Below are positions 10,202 through 24,920 of a stretch of 64,000 bases of DNA, piece by piece. Position numbers and translations under genes: made by a program. The notes beneath the pieces are model-generated. The model was not told the origin of the DNA, did not search any database, and saw nothing but the letters and a program-made list of their open reading frames with translations. The stretch is from assembly GCA_028826165.1 (NCBI GenBank), contig JAPDFW010000066.1:186001-250000 (forward strand). The letters run 5' to 3'. Every line of letters begins with the position of its first letter. The stretch's first letter is position 1. Origin of the DNA: Anaeramoeba ignava BMAN (taxonomy: Eukaryota; Protista; Anaeramoebae).

Positions 10202-11354
10202 ATGGATTATTATAAAAATAATTTTAAAAATAAAAGAGTTTATGTTACTGGACATTTAAATCCTGATGTTGATTCAATTATTTCAACTATTTTAATGGAA
10301 AAGTTATTAAAATGGTTGGGAATTGATGCAAAAGGAGGTTTGAAAACATAAAAAAAATAAAAAAATTCAAAACAATTTTTTTTGATGTTAAATTGAATTA
10401 ACAAATTTAATACTTAAAATAAATTAATAGTTAAATTAATGCCTTGCGATGAAATAACAACCAACGTTTGTTTTGAAAATAATTTGGATATTTATTTTAT
10501 TTTATTATATTTATTAAATTTTTAGGTAACTAAAGAAATAAGATGTCCAGAAGTTCCATTAATTAAATTAGAAGAATTAAAAAATCAAGATATTTTTTTG
10601 GTTGATCATACACATCCAATTAGTTCTATAGGCGAAAATTTTCCTGCAAACAGTTAAAAAATTTAATCCAAAAATTTAATATAAAAAATTTAATCAAAAA
10701 ATTTAATCCAAAAAAATAGTTGTTGGAATTATTGGACATAGCCCAGCATATCAAGCCGCAAAAGCACCTTTTGTTATAAATGGAAATGTTGGATGTGCAG
10801 CAAGACTTATTATTGACTTAATGGAGAAAGAGAAATATCCAGTAACTAATCAAGAATATTTATGGGCTTTATATGCTTTAGCAGTAGATACATGTTGCTT
10901 ATTAAAAATAAGTGTAACAAAAGAAGATATTGAATTAGCAAATAAATGGGAAAAAAAACTTGAAATTTCTCATCAATTTTTAAAAGAAAAAACTTTATTT
11001 GAATTCAATTCTAATGATAAAATTGAAAATTTAGCAAGAAATGGTTTTAAAAACTATTCATTTAGTGGAAAATATCGAGGATTTTCTTCTTATATTGAAA
11101 TGATTAATGTTAATGAAGAAAAAATGAAGAAAATTGAAGAAATCCAAAATTATATTGAAAAAAATAATGAAAGTGATCTTTGGGTTTTGATTGTTTATAA
11201 TTTTGCAGATCCAACAACTACTATTTATTATTACGGTCCTTTAGCAAAACATTTCTCAACAAAAACTTATAATTCTGTTGCTGATCGAGGAACTACAATT
11301 ATGCCTGAAATTAGAAAAAAAATAACAAATTTAGTTGAATCAAAACAAATTTAA
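10202..11354 (+). CDS. DHH-family PpaC-like phosphoesterase, copy 3 (4 exons, intact)
   Basis: Closely similar to copy 2, including introns and ~100 nt of upstream sequence. Confidence 0.8.
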
Positions 11355-11773
11355 TTTTCTTATTACAAAAAAGGAAAAATAAAAAAGATCTAAATCAAAA
11401 TTATTTTTTTTTTTTAATCAATTTTTTTTTTTTAATTTTTAATTTCCTTTTTCTTATTTCTGTTAAATCCCCCAGAATAAAAATAAATCTTTTATTAAAA
11501 ATTTAAAATAAATAAATAATAAAATAATTTTAATTAAATTTTTTAATTAAAAAAAAAAAACGTCTTTTTATTTAAAATAATAAAAAAAAAAATTTTTTTT
11601 GTTTTAATTCAAAAAGCAAAAAAAAAAATGAAAAAGAAAATTTACTTCATTTTTTTCTTTTATTAATTATCTTAATGTAATAATAAATTCCAACTAAAAT
11701 AATTAATAATTATTATTTATTATTCATTTTTTTATTTTTAATAATAATAATAATAACAATAATAGAATAAGAG

Positions 11774-14700
11774 ATGGAAAAATCAAAGCTTGATTTTACA
11801 ATTTCAATTGAGACATTAATGAGTCTCAATTCGATTGGAGAGAAAAGGGAAGAAAAAGAAGAGCCAAAAGAAGGAGAAGAAAAAAAAGAACTAACTGAAG
11901 AAGAAAAGAAAGAACAAGCACAAAAACAACAATTAGCGTTATCAAAACTAAAAGAAATTGGAGGAGTAGAAAAGCTTGCGGAAAAATTGCACTCAAATTT
12001 GGAGGTAGGACTTCCGCAATGGGAGATCAAAGAAGGCTTCATCGACAGACAAGCTAAATACGGTTGCAACAGGTTTGCAGAGCCTCCACACAGCACATTT
12101 TTTGGGCTGTTCTTCGGCACTTTTAAGGATACAACTCTGATTATCCTTATGGTTTCTGCCGTTTTGTCACTGGTTCTTGGTCTTACACTTGGTGATCGTT
12201 CTTCAGACTGGATTGATGGTACTGCTATTTTGATTGCTGTCCTTATTGTCTCAAATGTAACTGCTATAAATGATTTCCAAAAAGAAAAACAATTCCGCAA
12301 GTTGAATAAAGTTAAAGAAGATATTCAAGTCAAAGTTATCCGTGAAGATCCTGAGCATTCTGGTGCTGGTGCTGAGCAAACCATTTCCTTCTTTGATATC
12401 AATGTTGGAGATATTATTGTTCTTTCAGTTGGTGATAAAGTTCCTGCTGATGGAATTTTGTTTTCAGCAAATGGTATTATTTATATTTATATTTGAAACC
12501 AAAAATATAAAAAAAATATAAAAAAATATAAAAAAATATAAAAAAATATAAAAAAAATTTGAATTTACATGAAATTTGGAATGAAATATAAAAAAAATTT
12601 GAATTTACATGAAATTCTCGTTTTCTTTCTTGTAAATAGAATTGGTCGTAAATGAATCAGAAATGACTGGTGAAGCTGATGATGTTCATAAAAGTGTTAA
12701 TCTCAAACCCCAAATGCTTTGCGGAACACAAGTAGTAGAAGGAGAAGGAAAAATGGTTGTAACAGGAATTGGTATTCATTCACAATGGGGAGATGCAAAG
12801 AAAAACTTCGAAAAACCACCTGATCCAACACCACTCCAAAACAAACTTGACAAAATGGCAGTTTTTATTGGAAAAGTTGGTCTTTATTCAGCCATTTTAA
12901 CATTTGTTGCTTTGTTTATCGGATGGATTGTTTGGGCAAGTAAGTTTTCTTTTTAATTGTTAAAAATCAAATCTCTTTTTTTTCTCTTAATAATTATTTA
13001 ATCTAAAAGTTCAACACAAAAGTTCGTTCTCACGAGATCGTTGGGAATTATTGGTCGAATATTTCATTATTGGTGTAACAATTGTTGTTGTTGCTGTTCC
13101 TGAAGGTCTTCCACTTGCTGTTACAATTTCACTTGCATATTCAATGAAAAAGATGATGAAAGATATGAATCTTGTGAGACATCTTTCATCATGTGAAACA
13201 ATGGGAAATGCAACAAGTAAATAATCAAAAAAAAAATAAATAATAATAATAATATTAATATTATTTATATTTATTATTTTTTTTCCAAAAATTAGACATT
13301 TGCTCAGATAAAACTGGAACATTAACTCAAAACTTGATGATTGCTAGTGAAGTTTATCTTCTTAATCACCATTACAAAGACGAATTCCCAAAACTGGATG
13401 ATCTCAACCCTGAATTTGTGCATTTACTGAATGAAGGAATTGCTGTTAATTCAAAAGCATTCTTCGAAAAAACAGATAAAGGAATCGAAAGAAACAGGAT
13501 CAAGAACAGAAATTGCACTTATGAAATTTGTTAGAGAATACGACTGCGATTATCAAGCAATCCGAAAAAGATATGAAAACAAACGACCCAAAATCTACAC
13601 ATTTTCAAGTGACAAAAAACGCTCAGGAGTAGTTATCGAAACAAATAATGGCTATCGACTTTATCTTAGTGGAGCAGGTGAAATTGTGTTGGGACTCTGC
13701 TCTTCTACTCTTGATGAAAACGGAAAAGTTGTGGAAATTGATGATGCAGAAAGAAAGAACTTGAATGATATTTTGGATGCAATGGCCTCAAATGGACTTC
13801 GAGCAATCACTTTAGCTTATCGAGACTTTGATGAACCTCAAGGAGATTGGTCGAATGAACACGATGTCCAATCAAATTTAACCTGTAAAAATAAAAAATT
13901 TCTTCAAAAAACAAAAGCATGAAAATGAAAAATCAAAAAAAATATTGGAAAAATTTTCCAAAAACATGAAAATTGAAAATTAATAATAATTTCTTTTTAG
14001 GTTATTGCATTATCGGAATCAAAGATCCAGTTCGACCAGAAGTTCCATATGCAGTTGATGAATGCCAAAAGGCAGGAATCTTTGTCAGAATGGTTACAGG
14101 AGATAACATTCTCACAGCAAAACACATTGCAAAAGAATGCGGAATCTTAAAAGACGACGGAGTAGCAATTGAAGGATATCAATGGCGAGACATGAGCGAA
14201 GAAGAGCAAATAGCACTTCTTCCAAAACTTCAAGTGCTTGCAAGATCATCACCCAAAGATAAATTAACACTTGTTAGCTTGCTAAGACAAAAAGGAGAAA
14301 TTGTAGGTGTAACTGGAGATGGAACAAACGATGCCCCCGCATTGAAGGAGGCAGATGTTGGACTTGCAATGGGAATCACTGGAACAGATGTTGCAAAAGA
14401 AGCAAGTGACATCATCATTTTGGATGACAATTTCAAGAGTATTGTGAACTCTGTGATGTGGGGAAGAAGCGTGTACGATAACATCAGAAAATTCCTTCAA
14501 TTCCAACTGACTGTCAACGTTGCTGCTCTTGTTGTTGCCTTCATCGGTGCACTTTCACAAAAGGGAACACCACTGAAAGCTATTCAACTTTTGTGGGTCA
14601 ACTTGATTATGGACACAATGGCTGCACTTGCCCTTGGTACTGAGCCTCCCACAAGAGAACTACTCAAGAGAAGACCCTATTCACGATACGAGAGCTTACT

Positions 14701-15358
14701 TTCAAATATCATGAAAAGAAATATTCTCGGTCAATCACTCTATCAACTAACTGTCTTGTTCGTGATTCTTTATGCAGGAGGAAAAATTTTTGGATACAAT
14801 ACTAAGAATGAAGACGAACAGACTCATCTTTACACCATTTTGTTCAATGCTTTTGTCTGGTGTCAAGTTTTTAACGAAATCAATTGCAGAAAAATCGCAG
14901 ATGAAAACAACGTGTTCAAACGAATGTTCAAAAATCCAATGTTCATCTTCATTGTTTCGATTACAATTGTTCTTCAAACTTTGATTGTCGAATTTGGTGG
15001 TGCATTTTTCTCAACAAAGAAATTGACTTGGGCTGAATGGCTTGTTTGCATTATCATTGGATCACTTTCAATTCCTGTTGGATTCTTGATTCGATTGATT
15101 CATGTTCCTCCTGATAAAGTTAAAATTCCTGCTAAAAAAGGTAAAGAAAAAGACACTGATAAAGAAAAACTTCTTGATTCAAAAAACGAAATTGATATCA
15201 ATAAAGATGATGATAAAGATATTGAATTGAATGACTTAAAGAAGGAAAAAGATAAAACTAGTGATTCTCAACAATTTGTTACTGAACCTTCTGATACTGC
15301 AAACACTGATGATTTTGTTACTGAAAACACAGACACAGAAAATAAGAAAACCAATTAA
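11774..15358 (+). CDS. P-type IIB (PMCA-type) calcium-transporting ATPase, 5 exons; 1-nt frameshift at ~13490
   Basis: [64 protein letters not shown] motifs. Introns at ~12474-12639, 12940-13009, 13217-13295 and ~13885-13999. Confidence 0.95.
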
Positions 15359-15807
15359 TTCAATTTCAATTTCAATTCATTTCAAATTTCAAATTTCAAA
15401 TTTCAAATTTCAAATTTAATTCTATTTTTTTTTTTAGTAACTCAAACTTTTTTTTTTCTTTTCTTTCTTTCTTTCTTTCCAAAAAAAAAGGAATTCAAAA
15501 TTCTTTAAAGGAAAGATTCCAATTTTTTTTATCTTTTCTTTTCTTTCTTTTTTTTGCTTTTTTTTTTCCTTTTTTTAATAACAATAATAATCAAATAATA
15601 ATAAAAAGTTTTGAGTTAAAAAAAAACAAAAATTTTTTTTAAATTTAATTTTTTCATTTTTTTCTTTTTTTTTCCTTTTAATTAAATTAATTAAAAAGTA
15701 AAAATTTTTTTAATTCTTTACTTTTCCTTTTTTTAAATTAAGAAAAAATCTAAAATAAAAAAAAAAAATAAAAATCTAAAATCATTTAAAACTAAATTTA
15801 GTTAAAA

Positions 15808-18800
15808 ATGGCAGATAAAATTATGAGAGAAAGTTCCAAAGATGATCTTTTTAGTTTAACAACAACACTTAAAGAAAAAGAAACTGATACAAAAACAAAA
15901 ATTGATAAGAAATCATTTTCTGGAAGAATTTTTCAATTAATGAACAATGCTGCTTATTCCTTTTTGCTTGTTTGTGCTTATGGTGAATTGTTTCCTGAAA
16001 GAGATCTTGTTGTTGCTCATTCTTTTGGAGACGGTTATTTTTGTCATGATTATGATGAAAGTTTTGCAATTACTCAAGAAATGATTGATAAATTAAAAGC
16101 AAAAATGAAGGAATTTATTGATTCTGATGATGAATTAGAATGTAATTTTTTTTTTTTAAAATCCAATTCAATTTAAAATCTAAATTAAAATTAAATTTAA
16201 AATTCAATTTAAAATCTAAATTCAATTTAAAATCTAAATTCAATTTAAAATCTAAATTAAATTTAAAATCTAAATTAAATTCAATTTAAAATCTAAATTA
16301 AATTCAATTTAAAATCTAAATTAAATTCAATTTAAAATCTAAATTAAATTCAATTTAAAATCTAAATTAAATTCAATTTAAAATCTAAATTAAATTCAAT
16401 TTAAAATCTAAAATTAAATTCAATTTAAAAATCTAAATTAAATTCAATTTAAAATCTAAATTAAATTCAATTTAAAATCTAAATTAAATTCAATTTAAAA
16501 TCTAAATTAAATTTAAAATCTAAATTCAATTTAAAATCTAAATAAAATTCAATTTAAAATCTAAATTCAATTTAAAATTCAATTTAAAATCTAAATTCAA
16601 TTTAAAATCTAAATAAAATTCAAATTAAAATCTAAATTCAATTTAAAATTCAATTTAAAAATTAAAATTAAAATCTAAATTAAAATCTAAATTAAAATCT
16701 AAATTAAAATCTAAATTAAAATTAAAATCTAAATTCAATTTAAAATCTAAATTAAAATCTAAATCTAAATTCAATTTAAAATCTAAATAAAATTCAATTT
16801 AAAATCTAAATAAAATTCAATTTAAAATCTAAATTAAATTTAAAATCTAAATTAAAATTCAATTTAAAATCTAAATTAAATTTAAAATCTAAATTAAAAT
16901 TCAATTTAAAATCTAAAATTAAATTTAAAATCTAAATTAAAATTCAAATTTAAAATCTAAATTAAATTTAAAATCTAAATTAAAATTCAATTTAAAATCT
17001 AAATTAAATTTAAAATCTAAATTAAAATTCAATTTAAAATCTAAATTAAATTTAAAATCTAAATTAAAATTCAATTTAAAATCTAAATTAAATTTAAAAT
17101 CTAAATTAAAATTCAATTTAAAATCTAAATTAAATTTAAAAACAGGTTCAAGTATGGAAAGAGAAACTTTAGTTAAATATTTCCAAAAAAAAAATTTTGA
17201 AGAAAAAATTCAAATTCTTAAAGCTTGGAGAGTAGATAATGTTCCAATAATCAAATTTAGAAATTTTATTGATTATCGAATAGAAAAAATCCAAAATGAT
17301 AAGAAGTATTTGCAAGTTTTTGACTTGGTAAATTAAAATTAAAATTTAAATTATTATTAAAATTAAAATTAAAATTTAAATTATTATTAAAATTAAAATT
17401 AAAATTAAAATTATTATTAAAATTAAAATTAAAATTAAAATTAAAAATTAAAATTAAAATTATTATTAAAATTAAAATTAAAATTAAAAATTAAAATTAA
17501 AATTAAAATCAAAATTAAAATTAAAATTAAAATAAAAATTATTAAAATTAAAATTAAAATTTCAAAAAAAAAAGTTAAAATTCCATTACGGTGTTTTATT
17601 AAGATTTCCAACCTTAACAAATCCAGATGAACTATTGGAGTTCCGAGATCGACCAATAATGTGGGAATTAATTCAAGAACACAAATCATGGGGATCTATT
17701 ATAAATTGTAGTTATATTGGAGATATAAACAAAATGATTTTCACGAAAGAAATTGAAAGTTTAAAATGGGTTGCTGAAGGATTACACGACAAAAAAATCG
17801 GGTTTATCGCAGATGAGCTTATCAAGGGATTCCCACAGAAGAGAATAGTAACGATAGCTGGGCCTTCAAGCAGCGGGAAGACTACATTTGCGAAACGTCT
17901 TGCGATCCACATTCGAGTGAATGGATACACAACAAAAGTTATTTCAATGGATGACTATTTTTTGGATCGGGAAGAAATGATCGAAGACGAAAACGGAGTC
18001 AAGGACTTTGAATCCATTCTTGCATTAAACTTGAAGCTTTTAGTCGAGCGTCTTGGAAAGCTTGTTAAAGGCGAAAAAGTACCAGAAAGAAAATTCAATT
18101 TTCATCTTGGAAAAGGAGAAGATAATTTCAGTAAGCAAATCCAATTGAATCCAAGAGACTTTATTATTCTGGAGGGAATTCATGGGCTCAATCCCGCTTT
18201 TACTGAGATGGTTGGGTTAGATAAGATATCTCGTATTTATGTCAGTGCATTAACACAATTGAATGTTGACCGTCACCATCGTATTTCCACTTCTGACAAC
18301 AGACTTCTCAGGAGAATGATTAGAGATTATCAATACAGAGGATGGTCTCCTACTGATACCACCGCAATGTGGTCAAAAGTCCGTGAGGGAGAGGAAAAAT
18401 ATATCTTCCCTTTCCAGGAAATGAGTGATTATATGTTTAATTCTGCTTTGATTTATGAATTGCCTGTTCTTGCTACTTATTTAAAACCTTTGTTGGCTGA
18501 AATTGGTGGTGAAAGGGATATTGAGGAAGAAGCTGGAAGGTTGTTAAGATTTTTATCTTTTTTCTATCATTTTCCTGGTGATCGTGTTCCTGGAGTTTCA
18601 ATTATTCGGTAATTTGAAATAAATATAAAATATCAAATATAAATATAAATATTAAATATTAAATAATAAATAATAAATATAAATATTTAATATTAAATAA
18701 TAAATATCAAATATAAAAATAATAAATAAATAATAAATAATAAAAATTAAATTAAATAAATATAAATATAAATAAATAAATATATAAATATAAATATTAA

Positions 18801-19257
18801 ATATAAATATAAAAATATCAAAAATAAAAAAAAATATTAAATAAATAACAAAAATAATATCAAAATCAAATCAAATATAAAATATCAAAATATAAATATA
18901 AATATCAAATATTAAATATAAAAATATAATAAATATTAAATAATAAATATTAAATAATAAATATAAATATAAATATATTAAATATTCAAATATATTAAAA
19001 TCAAAATATTAAATATTAAATATCAAATAATAAATATTAAATATAAATATTAAATATCAAATATTAAATATTAAATATTAAATATTAAATATTAAATATT
19101 AAATATAAATATAAATATCAAATATTAAATATAAATATTAAATATAAATAATAAATATAAATATAAATATTAAATATAAAATATTAAATATTAATTTTTT
19201 ACTTCTTCTTCTTATTTTATTAGGGAATTTATCGGAAATAGTGATTTCAGATACTAA
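15808..19257 (+). CDS. Uridine kinase/phosphoribulokinase-family protein with ThrRS-like N-terminal region (bacterial-type nucleoside kinase), 4 exons
   Basis: ELFP...VVAHSFGDGYFC, Walker A IAGPSSSGKTT, ISMDDYF, LEGIHGLNP, DNRLLRRMIRD, GEEKYIFPFQE. Terminal exon REFIGNSDFRY* at 19224-19257. Confidence 0.85.
16142..17145. repeat. Intron composed of AAAATCTAAATT/AAATTCAATTT tandem repeats
   Basis: ~1 kb degenerate repeat between a GT donor and ACAG acceptor. Confidence 0.85.
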
Positions 19258-19437
19258 TTCTTTTAATCAAAAAAAAATCACAAAAAAAAATCACTTTTCC
19301 CTTTTTTTTTTCTTTTTTATAAAATTGATTTTTCTTCTTTCTTTTTTGAATCAATGAAATCCCAAAAAAAAAATAATAATTTTTTCTTAATTTTAATTTT
19401 CATTTTTTTTCATTTTTTTTTTTAAATCCTTTTTGAA

Positions 19438-22400
19438 ATGAATTCAACAAAAAAAATTAAATCAATTCTTGATAATAAAAAAATTGTAATAATTCATTGG
19501 ATTAATGAAATATTAAATGAAAATATAACGGAAAAAGAATTTGCAAATCAATTAAGAAATGGAGTTATTTTATGTGAATTACTTAAAAAAGTTAATTCAA
19601 AAATATGTTTAAATTTTCATCTTTCACCAAGAACAGAGTTTTTTTATTTAGAAAACATCACTTTTTTTATTAAAGGATATTTTAATCTTGTTTCAAAAAA
19701 ATCAGATGCTTTCGAACCAACAGATCTTTATGAACAAAAAAATTTAAATAGAGTTATTGAAACTCTTTATGATTTATTTCTTTATTGGATAAAAAATGGT
19801 GGAGTTTTATTAAAAAATCCCTTTTTAAAATCACATAAAAACTCACTTCAAGAAAAGTAAGAAATTTTATAATAAAAGAAAAAAAAACATTTTAATTAAT
19901 TTTTTCTTTTATTTTTTTTAGGATTAATTGGAAAAAAATTAAAGGTTATTTTTAAAATTATTTAATCTATTTTTAAAATTATTTAATCTATTTCTAAAAT
20001 TATTTAATCTATTTTTTAAAATTATTTAATCTATTTTTAAATTATTTAATTTATTTTTTAAAATTATTTAATCTATTTTAAAATTATTTAATCTATTTTT
20101 AAAATTATTTAATCTATTTCTAAAATTATTTAATCTATTTTTAAAATTATTTAATCTATTTTTAAAATTATTTAATCTATTTTAAAATTATTTAAATTTT
20201 TAAAAATTATTTTCTAAAATTAAATTATTTAAATTTCTTAAATTTTTAAAAATTATTTAATCTATATTTTTAAAATTATTTAATCTATTTTTAAATTATT
20301 TAATCTATTTATTTAATCTATTTTTAAAAATTTTTAATCTATTTTTAAAATTATTTAATCTATTTTTTAAAATTATTTAATCTATTTTTAAAATTAGGAA
20401 TTATTTGGATTAAACAAGGAAATAATTGGGAACAAAGCAAAATTAAGTAAATAAAATTAAAAATAATATTCAATAAAATAAATATTCAATTAAAAAATAA
20501 ATCAAATCATTTATATAAAAAGTATATTGAGAGGAAAATTAAAAGTAGTCATTTTAAATAAGAACGAAGATTACAAACTCGATCCAAAAACTTCATTAAA
20601 AGAAATTTCAACAGAATATAGGTTTTGTTGTTTATGTGAAACAAATGATCAAAAAAAGAAACTTATTTTTTCTGTTCCTTCAAGAAAATTATTACATAAA
20701 TGGATTTATTATATCAGAAGTTCTCAACACTCAGAAATTTTATATAAACTTAAAGATTCTTTATTGAATTTCCCCAAAATTGAAAAAAAATATGATATTT
20801 GTGAATATATTTTACTTGAAACTCAGGAAAATCAAGTAAATGAGGATATTTTAAAACAATAACAAAAACAATATTTTATTCAAAAAAAAATCATTAAAAC
20901 AACTTTATTTTTTTTTTGGGGTTTAGATTACTGAATTTGTTCCAAGGTTAATATTACTGCAAAATGATGTTATTTTCTTTTATTCTGAAAAAGATGAATT
21001 GAAAGACCAAATAAAAATACAAAAATCTACTCAAATTGATATTCTTGAAAATAACTTTTTAGCATTTAAAATTACTATTGAAACTGGAACTAGTTTTTGT
21101 ATTGTTACTACATCTTTATCATCAAAAATTCAATGGATTTGCAAAATTTTAAAATTAATTGATGGAGAAAAATATCTTGAAAAAATGGCCAAAAAATATC
21201 CAAATTTTTATCAAATAATGAAAAGAGTTATAGCTTTAAATCAAGAAAAAAACAAGGATTCAGTTTATTTTAAACATTTACAACACTATAGAAAGGATCT
21301 AATTATATCATCTGATGAATTAATTTGGGGATTTAATTTTTCAACTACTTTACAGCAAGATTTGCAGGGAATTAATCAAAATATTACTGAAATTATTGAT
21401 GACGAACAACAATATTATCAAGATCATTCAAATACAGAAGATCAATCATCATTTACAGATGAGAGAAAGCAAGGAAATTCAAATATTTATGATTCAGAAC
21501 TTTTTGGATTTGAAGAAGTATCGAATAAAGGAATTGATTTATTTTCAGAGACTTTCAGTGATAATATTGAAGATTTAGAAAGTTATTCAAATATAAATCT
21601 TTTTGAGGATAAAACTGACAATTTGATTTTTGATAAAAATCGAAAAGAAAATCAAACAGAAAATCAAATAGAAATAAATCAAACAGAAAATAAAATACAA
21701 GAAGAAAATAAAATAGAAATAAAAGAAGAAATAAAAGAAGAAATAAAAGAAGAAATAAAAGAAGAAATAAAAGAAGAAATAAAAGAAGAAATAAAAGAAG
21801 AAAATCAAACAGAAAATCAAATAGGAATAAATCAAACAGAAATAAATAAAATAGAAAATCAAACAGAAATAAATCAAATAGAAAATCAAACAGAAAATCA
21901 AATAGAAAATAAAACAGAAAATCAAAAGAAATAAAAAAGAAATAAATCAAACAGAAAATCAAATAGAAAATCAAATAGAAAATCAAACAGAAATAAATCA
22001 AATAGAAAATCAAATAGAAAATCAAACAGAAAATCAAACAGAAAATCAAACAGAAATAAATCAAACAGAAAATCAAACAGAAAATAAAAAAGAAAATCAA
22101 AAAGAAAATCAAATAGAAAATCAAATAGAAATAAATCAAACAGAAAATAAAACAGAAAATCAAATAGAAATAAATCAAACAGAAAATAAAACAGAAAATC
22201 AAACAGAAAATCAAACAGAAAATCAAACAGAAATAAATCAAACAGGAATAAAAGAAGAAAATCAAATAGAAAATCAAGAAGAAAATAAAATAGAAAATCA
22301 AATAGAAATAAATCAAACAGAAATAAATCAAATAGAAAATCAAATAGAAAATCAAATAGAAAAATCAAACAGAAAATCAAATAGAAAATCAAATAGAAAA

Positions 22401-24793
22401 TCAAACAGAAAATAAAACAGAAAATAAAACAGAAAATAAAACAGAAAATAAAACAGAAAATAAAACAGAAAATCAAAAAATAAATGGTTTTTTATCAGAT
22501 GAATTTAGTCAAGAAGAAAATGAAAATAAAATAGGAAATGAAATTGTTTTTGAAAAACATAAATTCTTTCCATCAGATGGAATTGATGAAAATCAAAGCG
22601 AAAATGAAATTGATGAAAAAAGTGGTTTTTTATCAGATGAATTTAGTCAAGAAGATGAAAATAATAAAAATAAAAATCAAATTCAAGATAAAATTGAAAT
22701 TCACAATAATGATTTATTTTCATCAAATGAATTAAAAGATGAATTAAAAGATGAATTAAAAGATGAATTAAAAAATGAATTAAAAGATGAATTAAAAGAT
22801 GAATTAAAAGATGAATTAAAAGATGAATCAGAAGATGAATATGTATATGAATATGAATATGTAAATGAAAATGAATTAAAAAATGAATTAGAAAATAAAA
22901 CAAAAGATGAATATATAAATGAAGATGAATTAAAAAATGAATTAAAAAATGAATTAAAAGATGAATCAGAAGATGAATATGTATATGAATATGAATATAT
23001 AAATGAAAATGAATTAAAAAATGAATCAATAGATGAAACAAAAAATAAATCAGAAGATGAATATGTATATGAATATGAATATATAAATGAAAATGAATTA
23101 AAAAATGAATTAGAAAATAAAACAGAAGATAAATATATAAATGAAAATGAATCAAAAAATAAATCAGAAGATGAATATGTATATGAAGATGAAAATGAAA
23201 ATGAAAATGAAAATGATAATGATAATGATAATGATAATGATAATGATAATGATAATGATAATGATGAATATGTATATGAAGATGAATTAAAAAATAAATC
23301 AGAAGATGAATATGTATATGAATATGAATATGAAAATGAAAATGAAAATGAAAATGAAAATGAAAATGAAAATGATAATGATAATGATAATGATAATGAT
23401 TATGAATCACAAATACTTGAAATTGTAAACCTCACAAAAACAGATTCACAAATCAATTATGATTCAAAAAGTGGAATAGAAATAAAAATTGATTCAAATA
23501 ACAAAAAAATAAATTCAAAAGAAGAAAATCAATATACAGATGAATCTGTAATTGAAGAAGAATCAGATGATGAAAGTTCTTTTGATATTTTTTCATCACC
23601 TGAAGAACAAGAAAGCGAAAAAATTTATCATAGTGATAATTCTGTAGTTATTTTATCAGAAGAAGTGGATGAACAAAAAGAGACAGACTTGCAAATGAAT
23701 AATTTCTTTGAGCAAACTAAGGATTGCAATATTTTTGGAGGCAAAATGACAGAGCAACAAGAACAAGAAGAATCACTTGATAATTTCGGAAAACTTTTCC
23801 AAAAAATGGAAAAACAAAAAGAAGAAGAAGAATTTCTTCGCAAAAATGTTTTCAATCGTATTTCAAAACGTGATTCTGAGGAGGATCTTCTATTAATGAA
23901 ATCTCGAAGTCAAGAAAATACAAGAAATGAACTTGATGAAGAAATAGTTGAAAAATTGAGTCAAATGTCAACACTCTCACAATCTCAATCAGTAACTTTT
24001 AAGACCCTTCACTCCACAATTTCAAGCTTAGATTTTTCTGAAGAGAAGGTTCTTAAGGAAGAGAATCAAACACTTTCTGATGAATTACAAGAACAGAAAA
24101 TTTTGATTGATAGTCTTCAAAGAACAAGTGAAAATTTACAATTAAGATTAAATGGTATTTAATTTTAATTTCAAAATGAATTTTAATTTTAATTTTAATT
24201 TTAATTTTAATTTAAATTTATCAGAAAAATTACCAGAACCAGATTTACAAATTGAAAACGAAGAAGAAATTAATCTTCGTAAGTTTTTCTTTCTTAGAAA
24301 TACAAATATAAGAATGATGAATGAATTGTTTATTAAAGATCGTGTTTTTGAAGAGATTTCTTTTGAATATAAAAGATTAAAGAAAAAAATTCAAGAAGTT
24401 AAAATTCCAAATTGGGAAAATATAATTGAGAATTTTGACAAGAAAGTTGATAAAATCATTTCAGAAAAAGAAGAAAAAATTAGCAATTCAAAATTACAAG
24501 AATTATCAAATAAAAATAATATTTTGCATAATAAATTGAGTAGAACTGTTGATGATCAAATGAAGAGATTTGAAGCTGCAGAATTTCTTTTTTCTTCAAA
24601 ACTTTCCATTCTAAAAGAACAACATAAATTTTCTGAACAAATTGCTCAACATCAATTAGAAATTCAAAATTCTAAAATTAATCAAGATGAATTAATAATT
24701 AATCAATTAAACCAAAAAATAAATGAACTTGAATTGGAATTTAAAGAAAAAGTGAAAAATTCAGATCTTTTGGATTCAGTTTCTCTTAATTAA
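19438..24793 (+). CDS. Calponin-homology + PH-domain protein with long acidic low-complexity region and C-terminal coiled coil (multi-exon; frameshifts at ~21930 and ~22362)
   Basis: CH motif WINEIL...LRNGVILCELL...ENITFFI...FEPTDLYEQKNLNRVIETL. PH-like C-terminal helices KWIYYI and QWICKI. E/N/Q/K repeats at 21650-23400. Confidence 0.7.
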
Positions 24794-24920
24794 ATGAATT
24801 AATTAATAAAAAGAAAATAAAAAGAAAAAAAAAAGATTATCATTGTTTTTGTTTGTTTTTGTTTTGTTTGTTTTTTTTTGTTTAATCATTTCATTAATTA
24901 ATTCATTCAAGTAAACATTT

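Noticed and set aside
11713-12300. Antisense ORFs over PMCA, ankyrin, BEACH and Furry exons
   Set aside because: They are shadow ORFs of well-supported genes on the opposite strand, with no recognisable motifs.
21555-23410. Long hydrophobic or His-rich minus-strand ORFs
   Set aside because: They are the reverse complement of the E/N/Q/K coding repeats of the CH-PH gene.
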